Below are positions 1 to 10,122 of a stretch of 33,797 bases of DNA, in pieces. Origin of the DNA: Cercozoa sp. M6MM (Eukaryota; Protista; Endomyxa: Ascetosporea); the NCBI GenBank assembly GCA_040357565.1, contig JBDODJ010000121.1, one strand, 5' to 3'. The position numbers were made by a program, and so were the translations under genes. Within the stretch, counting starts at the first letter, position 1; each line of letters opens with the position of its first letter. The notes beneath the pieces were generated by a model. It did no database searches. It was given only the letters and a program-made list of their open reading frames with translations, and was not told the origin of the DNA.

Positions 1-672
1 CAACTCGGTTACCACGGGTCTGGTTTTCAGAAATCTCGTCTGTTGCATATGAAAGGGAAGGGAGTAATTATTAAAGGGGTAATTATTAAGGGGGTAATTG
101 TTAAGGGGAGGGGTAATTATTAAGGAGGTAATTATTAAGGGTGTAAAAGTTAAAGGAGTGTCACATTCGACGCCTCCACCACCCAATACGTCCGGAACAG
201 CCTATACGGGGGTAGGGGAGGTAGGGGTAGGGAGGGGTCAAAGTTTGCACTATACCACATACGCATCCACTTTGGTAATGTTCAACATCAACTACACAGA
301 CAGGGAGGGGGTAAAGGGCAGAGGAGGGTAAAGGTAAAAGTAGACACAACAGTACACCAATTGTCATGTTCAGATCGATCGGTAACTCCGGGTAATTCTG
401 GAGCATATGACAGATAGGGGGGGGGGGGGGGGGGAGGAGGTTAAACTGAAACACACCAGTTGCTCCTCAGCGGCAGCGTAACACGGCAGTCGCCCTGCGT
501 CATTGCTGCGGGGGGGGGGGGGGTATATAGTGATAAAGGGGTAGTGATAAAGGGGTAGTGATAAAGGGTATAGTGATAAAGTGATAAGGGGAGGGTAAAG
601 GCACAAAGCAAACGACGTCGCTGGCACGGCAGTCGCCGCAGTCGCAAGCGACGCAAACAGGAGCCACTTCAT
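1..672 (-). CDS. Hypothetical secreted protein, multi-exon, 3' end beyond window
   Basis: ATG at 672 gives signal-peptide-like MKWLLFASLATAATAVPATSFA. Short exons join in frame via GT..AG (FNDAGRLPCYAAAEEQL / NYPELPIDLNMTIG / LMLNITKVDA / LFRTYWVVEASN) across C-rich low-complexity introns; some phases are ambiguous. Confidence 0.6.
61..140. repeat. Intronic degenerate tandem repeat (gGGGTAATTATTAA)n, ~5 copies
   Basis: Repeated ggtaattattaa(g) units read directly from the sequence. Confidence 0.8.
526..592. repeat. Intronic tandem repeat (TAGTGATAAAGGGG)n, ~4 copies
   Basis: Repeated agtgataaaggg units read directly. Confidence 0.8.
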
Positions 673-1048
673 CTCTAACAGCAGCAACAAGTATTGTACT
701 TGTGCTTGCAAAGTTACCGTGTCGGAAAGAAACCGTAGCTGGCTGACAAGTGATTCCTCCGGCTTGATACCTCTGTTCGGCTGCACTAACCACTCAGTAC
801 TACTCCTACCTGACACAAGCACAACACTCGGAAAGAAGACAGCTGTGTAGTTTGTGGTCACTGTTAACGATCAGAGAAACCGTGCCACACGCGTTTTGCT
901 GACCCGCAGTATTAGCACTGTTAGAAGCAACTAAAACTACGACAATTCTACTGCGGTATCACTTAGGTGTGCGTCGGAAGCTCGCTGCACCACTTTCTGC
1001 ACGTGCGCAAACGTTCGAGAGTGAAATCGATAAAATAGTTTTTTTTTA

Positions 1049-2394
1049 TTACAGCAGCTCGTCGGGATCGATGTCAGTGTGCAGTTCGGCGGCGTCGTCG
1101 ATGGCAGGCGCTGTTTGAGAAGCCCAGGAGAGACCGGTCATGTTATTGATGCGATTTTCGCTCTCGGGGTCCGTCAGTGCGGCTGCTTGGGTCGAGTTCG
1201 TGTGGGGAGGCACGAACACAGGAGCATGAGCTTGCATTGACATGAACTGAGGTGGCATTGACATCGACATTGGCATTGGTATCATGCCCTGTGACATTGG
1301 TGCTTGCATCGGCATTGCCATAGGCACAGGCATCACGTGAAATGGCATTGGGTATGGAGCTTGCATTGGCATCGGATATGGCACTTGCATTCGCATGCCT
1401 TGCGCCTGGCTTTGGCACTGAGGAAGTTGTGTGGCACTTGCAGCTTCTTGATGGAAAGCTTGTGCTCTTGAAGAAGCATCCTCTTGTCTGTTCTCTGCAC
1501 CGTCATTTTGCAAACCATACAAAGCGCGCATTTGCTCCACATGACTGTGACGGCTTTTCCACCGAGTTTTTGACTTTTGTTTCGATGAATTTCTTCGTCG
1601 GTTTCTCGTTTCGTCAGTGTGAATTGACCTTTCGTTGTGTTGACACGAAGACTCTGCTGCTTCGAGCACCACTGAGGACGGATCTCGAGGCAAGCCGTCC
1701 AACATATCGTCCAGAGGATTCAGCGGAAGAATGTGCATCTCGCGATTGTGCGCTATCCTATGCACAATCTCCAAAGAAGCACCCAGAGAGCGTACTGAAC
1801 AGAAATACCCGGTCAGTCTCCGCCTGAAAGCGGTGTCGCTTTCACCTTGCAGCTGGTCAACGAGGCTCATGCGTCCAGCGTTGCGAAGGCCACGTGTTTG
1901 AGTTGGAACTGCCGACGAGTTTGGCGTCCTGTCTTCGTGTTCACTTTTGGCGCGAGCTCGCCTTTGGGATTTCCGCTTGGACAGCTCTTGTCTCGTTCGA
2001 TACTGCAGTCGAAACTCCTGCAACAAACGCATCGCCTGCAGCTCCTGCCATTCGCCAATGTAAAGCGGCGGTGGCTTCTTCTTGTTTTGTTCCAGTATTC
2101 CGCGTGCTACGTTTGGAACTTCCTCTCTACAAAATTATACAAAACTGACCTTCAAAAATCGAAAGTGACAGATCACTTCTGGCTTACCCACGAACGCGAA
2201 AGCGCTTGCACGCGAGCTCATCGTCGACGAAGGAGCGCCTACGTGCCTTTGTGAACATTGTCGTTGACCAACATAGTGTTTCAGTTCAAATGCTGCTCGA
2301 AATCCTGACTGCAGCGTTTCTCCTGGGCAGTGTTCGGTCAGACCCGGTGGCCCAGTGCCTCAAGTTGGCCTCGAAAGACTGAGACAACTTTCAT
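1049..2394 (-). CDS. Hypothetical protein with basic N-terminal part and Met/Pro/Gln-rich C-terminal low-complexity region; start uncertain
   Basis: 327-aa ORF 1049-2032 extends upstream in frame (EEVPNVARGILEQNKKKPPPLYIGEWQELQA) and splices via GTAAGC..TAG to RRRSFVDDELACKRFRVRG; the 5' exon is guessed. Confidence 0.55.
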
Positions 2395-2529
2395 CAACGA
2401 TTTAGCCACACATCCACTTGATTGGACTTAGTTTCATTTGGCTCGGTTAGATGTGCTCATTTAGTTGCAGTTTTGCTCCGCTTGGAAGGTGTTTTTATTA
2501 TTCGAATTTGATTTCTGCAGTCTCGCACG

Positions 2530-3973
2530 ATGGAGCGCATCGAGAGCGAGTTCGACGAGTTGGCGCCGCGCGTGCTTTCGTCGCAGCGGCCCGAATCCCG
2601 GGCACCGGCGACACTCGCGTACCTTTCTTTCTGCACTTTTCGGCTTGCATGTATTGCTTTTGATTGCAATCGTTGCGTGGCAGACTGCTGCTACATGCGA
2701 TCTTTCGCGCCGAAGGAAGCGCAAACGCAGAGTTTGAGGACAACTCGAATGGTATTTGTTGGGAAGCTAAAGTCAGTTGGCTTGATTTTTTCGCTTTATA
2801 ACTTTTGCTTTGACGGATGGTCCTTTCGCAGCGACGTCAGAGAACTTTGCGTTCCGCGACGGCATGCGATCGTTGCGTTTCCTCGTGCCTGTGAAAGTCG
2901 ACGATGCACAGTACTTGAAAGCTTCCTCCTTCTTTGTTGTTTTATTCGCGTTTGATTATTGCTCTGCAGGAGCGGCAGATTCAGTGTGACAGTGCGATGC
3001 GTCTCGGTGGGTCAGCAACTCATGTTGCACGCCACGTTCGAGCTGCCAGGAAGCGAAAGTCACGGTGCGACTGCCGAAGTGACGTCGCTCAATCTGTCGC
3101 TGGAAGAAGTTCGCTCTGACGCGCGTGAAATCGTAAAGCTTTACTTTTGTCACGAATTAAAACAGAAAAAAGAAGACTTTGCAGAGCTTTGAAGAAGTAT
3201 TGCGTCGACCGCGCGAATTGGCCGAGTCGCTCCAGCAGCGTTTCGTGCAGCGTGTCGTGACAAAAGCTCGTGAGTCAATGACACAGGAACCGCGCGGACC
3301 TGCGAGAGTCGAAACAGGCGGCGTTGGTGCTGTACGACCACCCGGAATCCTTCCAGAGCAGCGGCAGCCGCGTGTGCCCGGAGGAGACTTTGGCGACGAT
3401 CTGATGCCGCCGTTTCCAACGTTGGAACCACCGCGTCGAGACGGCTCTGGCAACCTTATGGGCGTAACTTTCATTTGATCTATCTCTGCTGCTTTATGAG
3501 TGCACAATAGCCGGACCATCCTCGCTTCCGACATCCGGAACAAGGCGAACCACGCGGAATGCGACCGCCTGGTGTCCGCTTTGACCCGGTGTCACCCTTC
3601 AGCAACTTTGGCGAACCCGATCCCGATGCTGTGCTGCCCGAACAGTTGGGTACCTTCTCTTTCTCTATAATGTATGTGTTACTATATATGTTTTATAATG
3701 TATGTATTATAATGTCTGTACTATAATGCTGTACAATGTATGTACTATACTGTATTCTAGTGTATTAACTATATTGTATTCTAATGTATGAACTATATTG
3801 TATTATTAATGTTGCACTGCTGTGCTGCAGGCCCGCCTGGCACACTGGACCCTCTGTCACGCCAGCACATCGGCGGCAATCGACGCACCGGTCGTCGCGG
3901 CGCACGTGACAACTTTGGTTTCGGCGGTCGTCGCGGTGGTTTCGGTGGCGACTTTGGCGGTGGCTTCATGTAA
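2530..3973 (+). CDS. PSMF1: Proteasome inhibitor PI31 (PSMF1 family)
   Basis: Spliced product has an FP-domain-like LALLLHAIFRAEG and the PI31 C-terminal motifs GDFGDDLMP, GNLMGPDHPRF, PPGVRFDPVSP, GEPDPD; six GT-AG introns keep frame. Confidence 0.85.
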
Positions 3974-4144
3974 CGTAACTGAAAGGTTCGGTTTACGCCT
4001 CGAACGAAAACCAGACTAACGTAATCTGTCGACGCTTATTCACAGCAGTCAGTGGGGTCTCTATTGCTACAGCGGCTGTGTACTACGTACGGTGTTCCGG
4101 CGCGAGGCTGCCAGATCGAGACTGGCTTCGTTTGGAATTCAGGC

Positions 4145-4955
4145 TTACTTGAGGACATGGCTTTCGTAGGTTGGAATCATGTACTTGATGTTGATGAAGG
4201 CGTCCTCTCCGCCATGCACTTCGAACAGCTCGAGTGTTTCGTCGATAAGATCGCCGAGGTTCCTGCGTTTGCGCTGCGAGTAGTCGATGTGGTCGCCCAA
4301 GTTCACTGACACAACACAAAGGTAAAGCATGCCGTGTTCTACCGAGAGCGAATGTACGATTCTGCGTGATGAAGAGGTTGAACACAGGCAACAGTTGCCG
4401 GTAGTAGGGCACAAGTGCTTCGCCAACCATATCAGCACTGAGCACGAGTTGCTGCAGCACTTTCAGTGTGCGACACAGAATTTCGGGATGCTTGGTGCTC
4501 AGCGCTTTCTTGAGTGGAATGATGAGCTGTGGTACGACAGGGAGGATCTTTTGTCCGCCTTGTGAAAGCAGATCCTTGACTCCCTCCAGCGCAATGAATT
4601 GGTAAGGTTCCTTCAACTCGCGCAGACCGTCGAAAAAGATCGGCAGGTAGTGGTGGTAGTCGAGCTTGCTAATGTCGACCTTCCACGCTATCTTGCGAGT
4701 GGCACCGTCGAATGACACCTGCAGCGGCAAGTCGCCACGCTTGTAAAAGCGACGGAACTCCGTGGGCTTGGCGAGAATTTCTGTATTCACTTTGCGTGCA
4801 CGTGCCTTGTGTGGCTTGCGGGAGCTCTTCGATTTTGCTGGACGTGCGAGCGAAGAGCTTGCGCCCCCTTTACCAACCTGCGAGAGCAGGAAGTCTCGTC
4901 GATCGTCCATTCGAGCATCAGCTTTCGTTTTGATAGTCTTCTGCAGGGTCGTCAT
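4145..4955 (-). CDS. PACRG: Parkin co-regulated gene protein (axonemal inner-junction protein)
   Basis: [41 protein letters not shown], then intron 4306-4357 to [10 protein letters not shown]...[18 protein letters not shown]: hallmark PACRG motifs. Confidence 0.97.
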
Positions 4956-5059
4956 TCTGCGTCTGGAAGTTAATCACACTTAGGACGCTCTATTCGCACT
5001 GAATCTCGCTAGTCTGATCCACTCGGTTCATCGTTTTTCCAAATGACCGGGTGGCCCGG

Positions 5060-5309
5060 AAAAACGCTGAAGGTGAAGCAAGTTTGCACAGCCTCTGCTT
5101 CCGGTGCTTAAAAGAGGAATTGGGCATGAAGGACCCGAATGCCAACTCCTCGTCAATGCCGTACAACCGATTGATAGAACAATGAGCAGATGTGATCGAT
5201 CGTCTGGCTTGACGGGAACACGGGCCGGGCGGTTGTACCGGCTGTACAGGCAGTTTCGCACGTCACACCGATGCAACGGTTTTACGGACAGGTAGCTCCG
5301 CACCTCAGC
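5060..5309 (-). ncRNA. Putative structured ncRNA (Pol III-like; candidate telomerase RNA)
   Basis: Terminal helix 5301-5309/5066-5075 is followed on the minus strand by one G and TTTTT (5060-5064). Further helices: 5240-5247/5086-5093, 5230-5238/5161-5169, hairpins 5114-5151 and 5285-5300. Two G.U pairs favour the minus strand, one short helix favours plus. Identity is inferred. Confidence 0.55.
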
Positions 5310-5348
5310 TTTGAGATAGCTGTAAACAGTGAAAGCGAGGGAAATCGG

Positions 5349-6276
5349 ATGTCAAGCAACAGGGCCGTAACTCAAAAAAGCAAGCCTGCCGGTAGGACGA
5401 AGCGAAAAGCGCTTCTGCTGGATGTACCGATTGGCTGGGTACTGGGACGCACGCGTGATGTCGTTCAAGAGCTGGAAGACCTCGTTCAAGGTAAGTTTAC
5501 TGTAAGTTTAGATCTGGAAAATTTAATTTTTTAACAACGGTTGGAATTAGAGAACCTAAATATTGTTTTTCAGGTGCTCCGCTGCGAGAGCTTCGTATTC
5601 GCATGCTAGACGATGAAGGTAAGACACTTTAAAACGTTGCAAGACACTTTAAACGTTGCAAGAGGCTTGAACAAATAGGAATCGGCTTTCTTTAAAACCT
5701 GCGTTATTACAGCGTACGCGCAGCTGTTGGTGGTCACGCAGACACGCGATCAGTTCGAAACGCTGCGTGAAACAACGTCGCTGTTCGGACAGTCGATTTC
5801 TCCGCCAGTCGAAGTCGACGCTCGGCTGCCTGTTGTCGGCGTAGCTTTGTTCCATTCTCAAAGTAAAATGATCTTGCTGGATGTGTGTCCCACAGGGATT
5901 CACGCCGTTGGAGCCGTCGGAGTACTACGATAGAGTGCACTACAAGCTACGCCAGTTCAAGCATGTGCCAAGTTGCACATGCTTGCACTTCACACAAGAC
6001 GAAAGGCGCAACTGCGTGCACTTTGAGCCGCTGTACGCTGCTGTGTGCGGTCTGTGCGAGGAGAGTCCGCGCGAGTTCCTTGCTGTGTACCTTGATTCCT
6101 TTTTCGACTGTTCTTTTTTATTCAACAAGTTTCCGCTCAGGTACCAGTTCGGAAGTGAAGGCAAAATGAGCACACTCGATATTGTCGTCGCTGTGCGTAG
6201 CAACACCGATTTGGACTTTCTGCTGACGGAGCCGGCCGACTTCTCGTGCGCTGGTTTTGGTACGAACCGAAATTAA
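5349..6276 (+). CDS. Hypothetical protein, multi-exon
   Basis: Exons MSSNRAVTQK...LEDLVQG / APLRELRIRMLDDE / AYAQLLVVTQTRDQFETL... / GFTPLEPSEYYDRVHYKL... join in frame via GT-AG introns; no family recognised. Confidence 0.6.
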
Positions 6277-6555
6277 ACGTGTCTTCAATCTGTACCGACT
6301 GGAGTTAAACTGGTGTGAATTCAGTTCGAGCCGTCAGTTTCGGTCAGAAGCCGCACAAGCCCCAGCGTCGTTCTGATCGAAAGGAATCTGCTGATCAGTT
6401 TGACGCTATTGTGGAACAACCGGCGCAGTTTCAGTCAGTTCAAGTTTTTGACACTCTCTAATTCATCTTTCGCTCGCAATGTTCGCCTTTTCATTTTGGT
6501 TCTCAGGGACGGTCTCACTTTCGAACCGGCAATCAACACCACGTTTGAACCCGCA

Positions 6556-7103
6556 ATGGACCGCGCTTTGGAAACGAAACCTGCAGATGAAAAACCACGC
6601 CTTGAGAAATCAACGCCATCAAAGGATAAAACCGTGTCTGTTCGGAGTTACCGACGTCAGGATGGCACCCAAGTGCGTGCACACATGCGCTCGCCTCCGA
6701 CTCGTTCGCCGTACTCACTTCTGCCGTCCATTTTGTACTTTCGCACTCACGATCATTCCTTTCCTGGACAGAAGCAAAACCGCGAAGGACAACAAAGCCA
6801 AGGGGGACGAAAAAACCAAGAAGACTGTCAAAGTAAAGGGATACACACGACAGGACGGGACCAAGGTCGCCGCTCACACACGTGCTGCTCCCAAACCACG
6901 CAATAGCAGTAGCACTGACACCAAGGACACTGCTGCCACCGGCTCAACTGTCAAGGTGTCCGGCTACACACGCAAGGATGGCACCAAGGTCGCGGCTCAC
7001 ACACGTGCTGCCCCCGGCTCTGCCACCAAGACTGCCACCAAGACTGAGCCGAAATCTGCGTACCATTGTCTTTGAAACTTACTGTTTATGTATAGCTATA
7101 ATA

Positions 7104-7146
<43 letters not shown>

Positions 7147-7613
7147 TAGCTGTATGTATACAGCACAAGTGCGACTCGTGTGAGTGTTGCTGGCTACACT
7201 CGCTCCGACGGAACGCACGTGCGTTCGCACACGCGTGCTGCGCCTGGTACGGCAGGCAGTGCCACTGCTGTTACCGACACTCCCAGCAGGTACAGAATTC
7301 AATATGATATAAATTATATAATATAAGTTTAGGTATATAATATAGGTACATAATAAATTCACTTTTGAGTTATGGTGTCAACAGCAGCAGTTCGTCTCGT
7401 GTCGTGCATGTTCCAAGTTACACTCGCAGCGACGGCACTCGAGTCGCCGCACACACGCGCTCTGCTCCGCGAAGATCAACGACGTCGTCAGCGTCGGTGT
7501 TTTCGGGCCTGTCCTCTTCCTCGTCTTCCTCGGCGTCGTCCGGCAGGACCTACGTGTCTGGCTACACACGCAGCAACGGCACCAAGGTGGCAGGTTACTA
7601 CCGTGGCAAGTAA
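6556..7613 (+). CDS. Basic repeat protein with six VxGY(T/R)RxDGTxVxxHxRxxP modules (~265 aa)
   Basis: Exons 6556-6710, 6772-7059, 7164-7289, 7385-7613 (GT-AG, frame preserved) encode six copies of the motif separated by Ser/Thr/Lys linkers. Confidence 0.85.
7108..7143. repeat. (TA)n microsatellite in intron
   Basis: Direct. Confidence 0.95.
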
Positions 7614-7746
7614 CTGAACGACCACGGCAAGGTTCAAGCACTGCATGCCGAGCACGCCACACCGCTTCCCGTAGTACTAGTTCCGTGTATAATCGAATAC
7701 GCCTGAGGCCTACGTAGATTTGACGAAATGCCACAATGGACACGTG

Positions 7747-7876
7747 CGGGGTGCAAACTAAATGGAGTCGGGGTTCAAAACTAAACAGAGTAGGAGTCGG
7801 GGTGCAAACTAAACGGAGTCGGGGTTCCAACTAAACAGAGTCGGAGTCGGGATGCAAACTAAACTTAAATGGAGTC
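7747..7876. repeat. Minisatellite, core GGAGTCGGGGT(G/T)CAAACTAAA(C/T), ~5 units
   Basis: Alternating ~22-nt and ~28-29-nt units between convergent gene 3' ends. Confidence 0.85.
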
Positions 7877-7979
7877 ACTTCGTTTAGTCGTCCGAGTCGT
7901 GAAAACAGTGTCGAACGGATAACTTGGAAAGGGAGTGCATTGGCAGCCCACAGCGCATCGAGTCTACCCGTTCAGTTGA

Positions 7980-9607
7980 TCAAACGGCAGGGCCCGCAAC
8001 TTCGGTTTGGCTACGCGAGGCAGTGGATGCCGTCAGTGATTTAGAGTTCACGGACTCAGCTTGAGATTCTCCGAGTGCCGAAGGCGAGAGCGAGACCGAG
8101 CGAGACACTGTCACTTCCTTCTGCCAACCGTGGCCAGCGGGTGCGTGCACATGAACATGCGCATGTTTTCCCTCCTTGGGGTGTGCCTTTTCCCACTCAC
8201 GACGCTGGAGGACTTCAGCAGGAAAGAGGGAAGTGCTTGCTTAATGCGAAATAGGCAACTGTTTTGTACCGGCCAGTGCTTCGTGGCTTTCGTCGAATTC
8301 CTCGCCTTCTTCAAAGTCAATATGGAAACGAGGCAGACCAGGAATCTCTTCGTCGGCGAGTTCCACCTCCTTGCGAAGCACTCGTTTCTCCAGCTGAGAG
8401 CGAGGTCCGCTGCTCCAGCTGTCCTGCCGTCCAAAACGCGAGCGCTGCCGACGAGTTTGAAGCGATTTGCTGCTGCCTCCGCGCTGCAGCGTTGGACGAC
8501 GCCGTGGCGACATTGCGACTGATGACGTTTGCACCTGTTTATATTGTTCACAATGCCCCAAAAGTAGCACTGCAGTATCTATTCAAGCTAAATCTACCGG
8601 AAATGCCGGCTGACGACGAGGCGAGTCCGAGCGAGCGAAGAAGGAATACGTGCGCTGCACAGGAGTCAAATCCACGGTCTGTGATACAATGATTTGAAAC
8701 GGGCAGGAAAATACGGCATTTCGGTGAGTCGATTTGTCCTTTAAGGCCATGGTGAAATGCTTGTACTCAATGACCGCTTCCTAAATACAGCACAGTTGTT
8801 GTGGACAGTCAGTTCGAAAAGAACAACAGAGAGAACTGACATCTGACAAGTTCAAAATGTCTTTGAGGTGTTCGCCAATTTTGAACCGAGTGCGTTCGTG
8901 TTGTTCGCTCACATTGTCGGAGTTCCAGACACTCATGATGTATTCGTTTCGCTTTCGCGAGAAAGAAGCTCCGACGACAGTGTCTTCGGTGAAGGCTTCG
9001 GCAGTCACAGCGCACGACAAGTGGTCCCACAGCGCGTTGATCGAATGCTCGGTGTTGATGGGCAGGCGAACAATCCAGCACCCGCCTTCAATGTTATCCT
9101 CCCATGCAGGCTTCACCTTGTCTCGCATCAAGTACAACGTCGTACCACGCGGCATTTCGCTCGGCAGTTGCAAAGTGCTGTAAGTTTCCCCTGCAATCCA
9201 GTGCACAAATGAGCGTTCATTAAAGCTCTAAATCAACTTACAGAGTTCGTCGACGCTTTCCATCGTGGTCACCACCTTGAGCAGACGCTCATAGTCGTGC
9301 AGACTAGCATCGCGGGGATTGTAGCCCATTGAGCGGCCCAGTCGCGCGTAAGACATGGCGTACAATGTCCATTTGCTGCGACACAGAAACCATCCTTTTT
9401 CGGCTCTACCTACAGACTGGATTGTCGTTACCTGTGGAAAAACCTCGACGGCAGCTCGCTTGCAATGCTCGGTTCCTCCTCTTCTGTGTCGCTCTTTTTG
9501 ATCGGTGAAACGACAACCTCGCTCGGCACGTTTACTGGCTCAGCATTTGGGTCGAGCTTGAGGCTTGCAGGTCGCTGGCTGACCTGGGTTGCTTCTTTCG
9601 TTTGCAT
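7980..9607 (-). CDS. eIF4E-family cap-binding protein with long C-terminal extension
   Basis: Spliced core FHSKWTLY...DYERLLKVVTTMESVDELWETY...LYLMRDKVKPAWED..EGGCW...ALWDHL...VVGASFSRKRNEYIMSVWN...IEYKHF matches eIF4E motifs; GT-AG introns continue the frame to TGA at 7980. Confidence 0.9.
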
Positions 9608-10122
9608 CGCGAAGCGTAGGACCAACCAAACAGCTTCCCAGTTGCAACTGCGACACAGAAAAAGAATGGGTCAAAATGCGAGAGAAACGCTCCGTATGAT
9701 GCGCCCACAAAATAATTGGTAACGTCGGTTCAGCAGACTAATGAGGTCACGGATGCATCGCTGACGTAGACTGAGTACAGTCCTGAAGAAACAGGACAGG
9801 TCGTCGATACTATTTGCTTTCGTGCCAGTTAAATTAATCAGGGCTTATTTTACTCCAACGAAGTCACTTGTAAGTTTAGGTAGAGTTTAGTTATTCATGC
9901 ACTGGCTCGCCCGTAGCATTGTCGTACAAACGAGCTACGACACAACATTTAGTACTATACAGTTTGCCTGGTATTTAAGGCAGTATGATGAAAGGGATAC
10001 CGTGCTTTTCGCGAAGGGCTTTGATGCGAAGCTTGGCGTCTTGGAGCACAGAAGCGTGGTTCCCACCTCTGGAGAACGGAAAGGTTGTTTGAAAAGCAAA
10101 CAAGAATCTTAAAGGTGACTGG

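Noticed and set aside
61-600. Telomeric repeat tract
   Set aside because: GGGGTAA-type words are degenerate, intronic and interleaved with exons, not a uniform terminal array.
5028-5303. Short ORFs (91 aa minus, 63 aa plus) over the structured element
   Set aside because: Non-ATG starts and no protein-like features; the base-pairing explains the sequence better.
5066-5309. RNase P/MRP, SRP, U3 or spliceosomal snRNA identity for the structured element
   Set aside because: No correctly placed CR-I/CR-V P4 pair, no SRP helix-8 GNRA/AGCAG motif, and no U1/U2/U5/U6 or U3 box sequences on either strand.
7747-7876. CRISPR-like array
   Set aside because: No unique spacers, no cas genes, eukaryotic context.
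9720-10090. Possible hammerhead (CTGAAGA) or C/D snoRNA (ATGATGA near 9984) in the intergenic region
   Set aside because: No stem II/GAAA arrangement, no D box at a suitable distance, and only short isolated hairpins.
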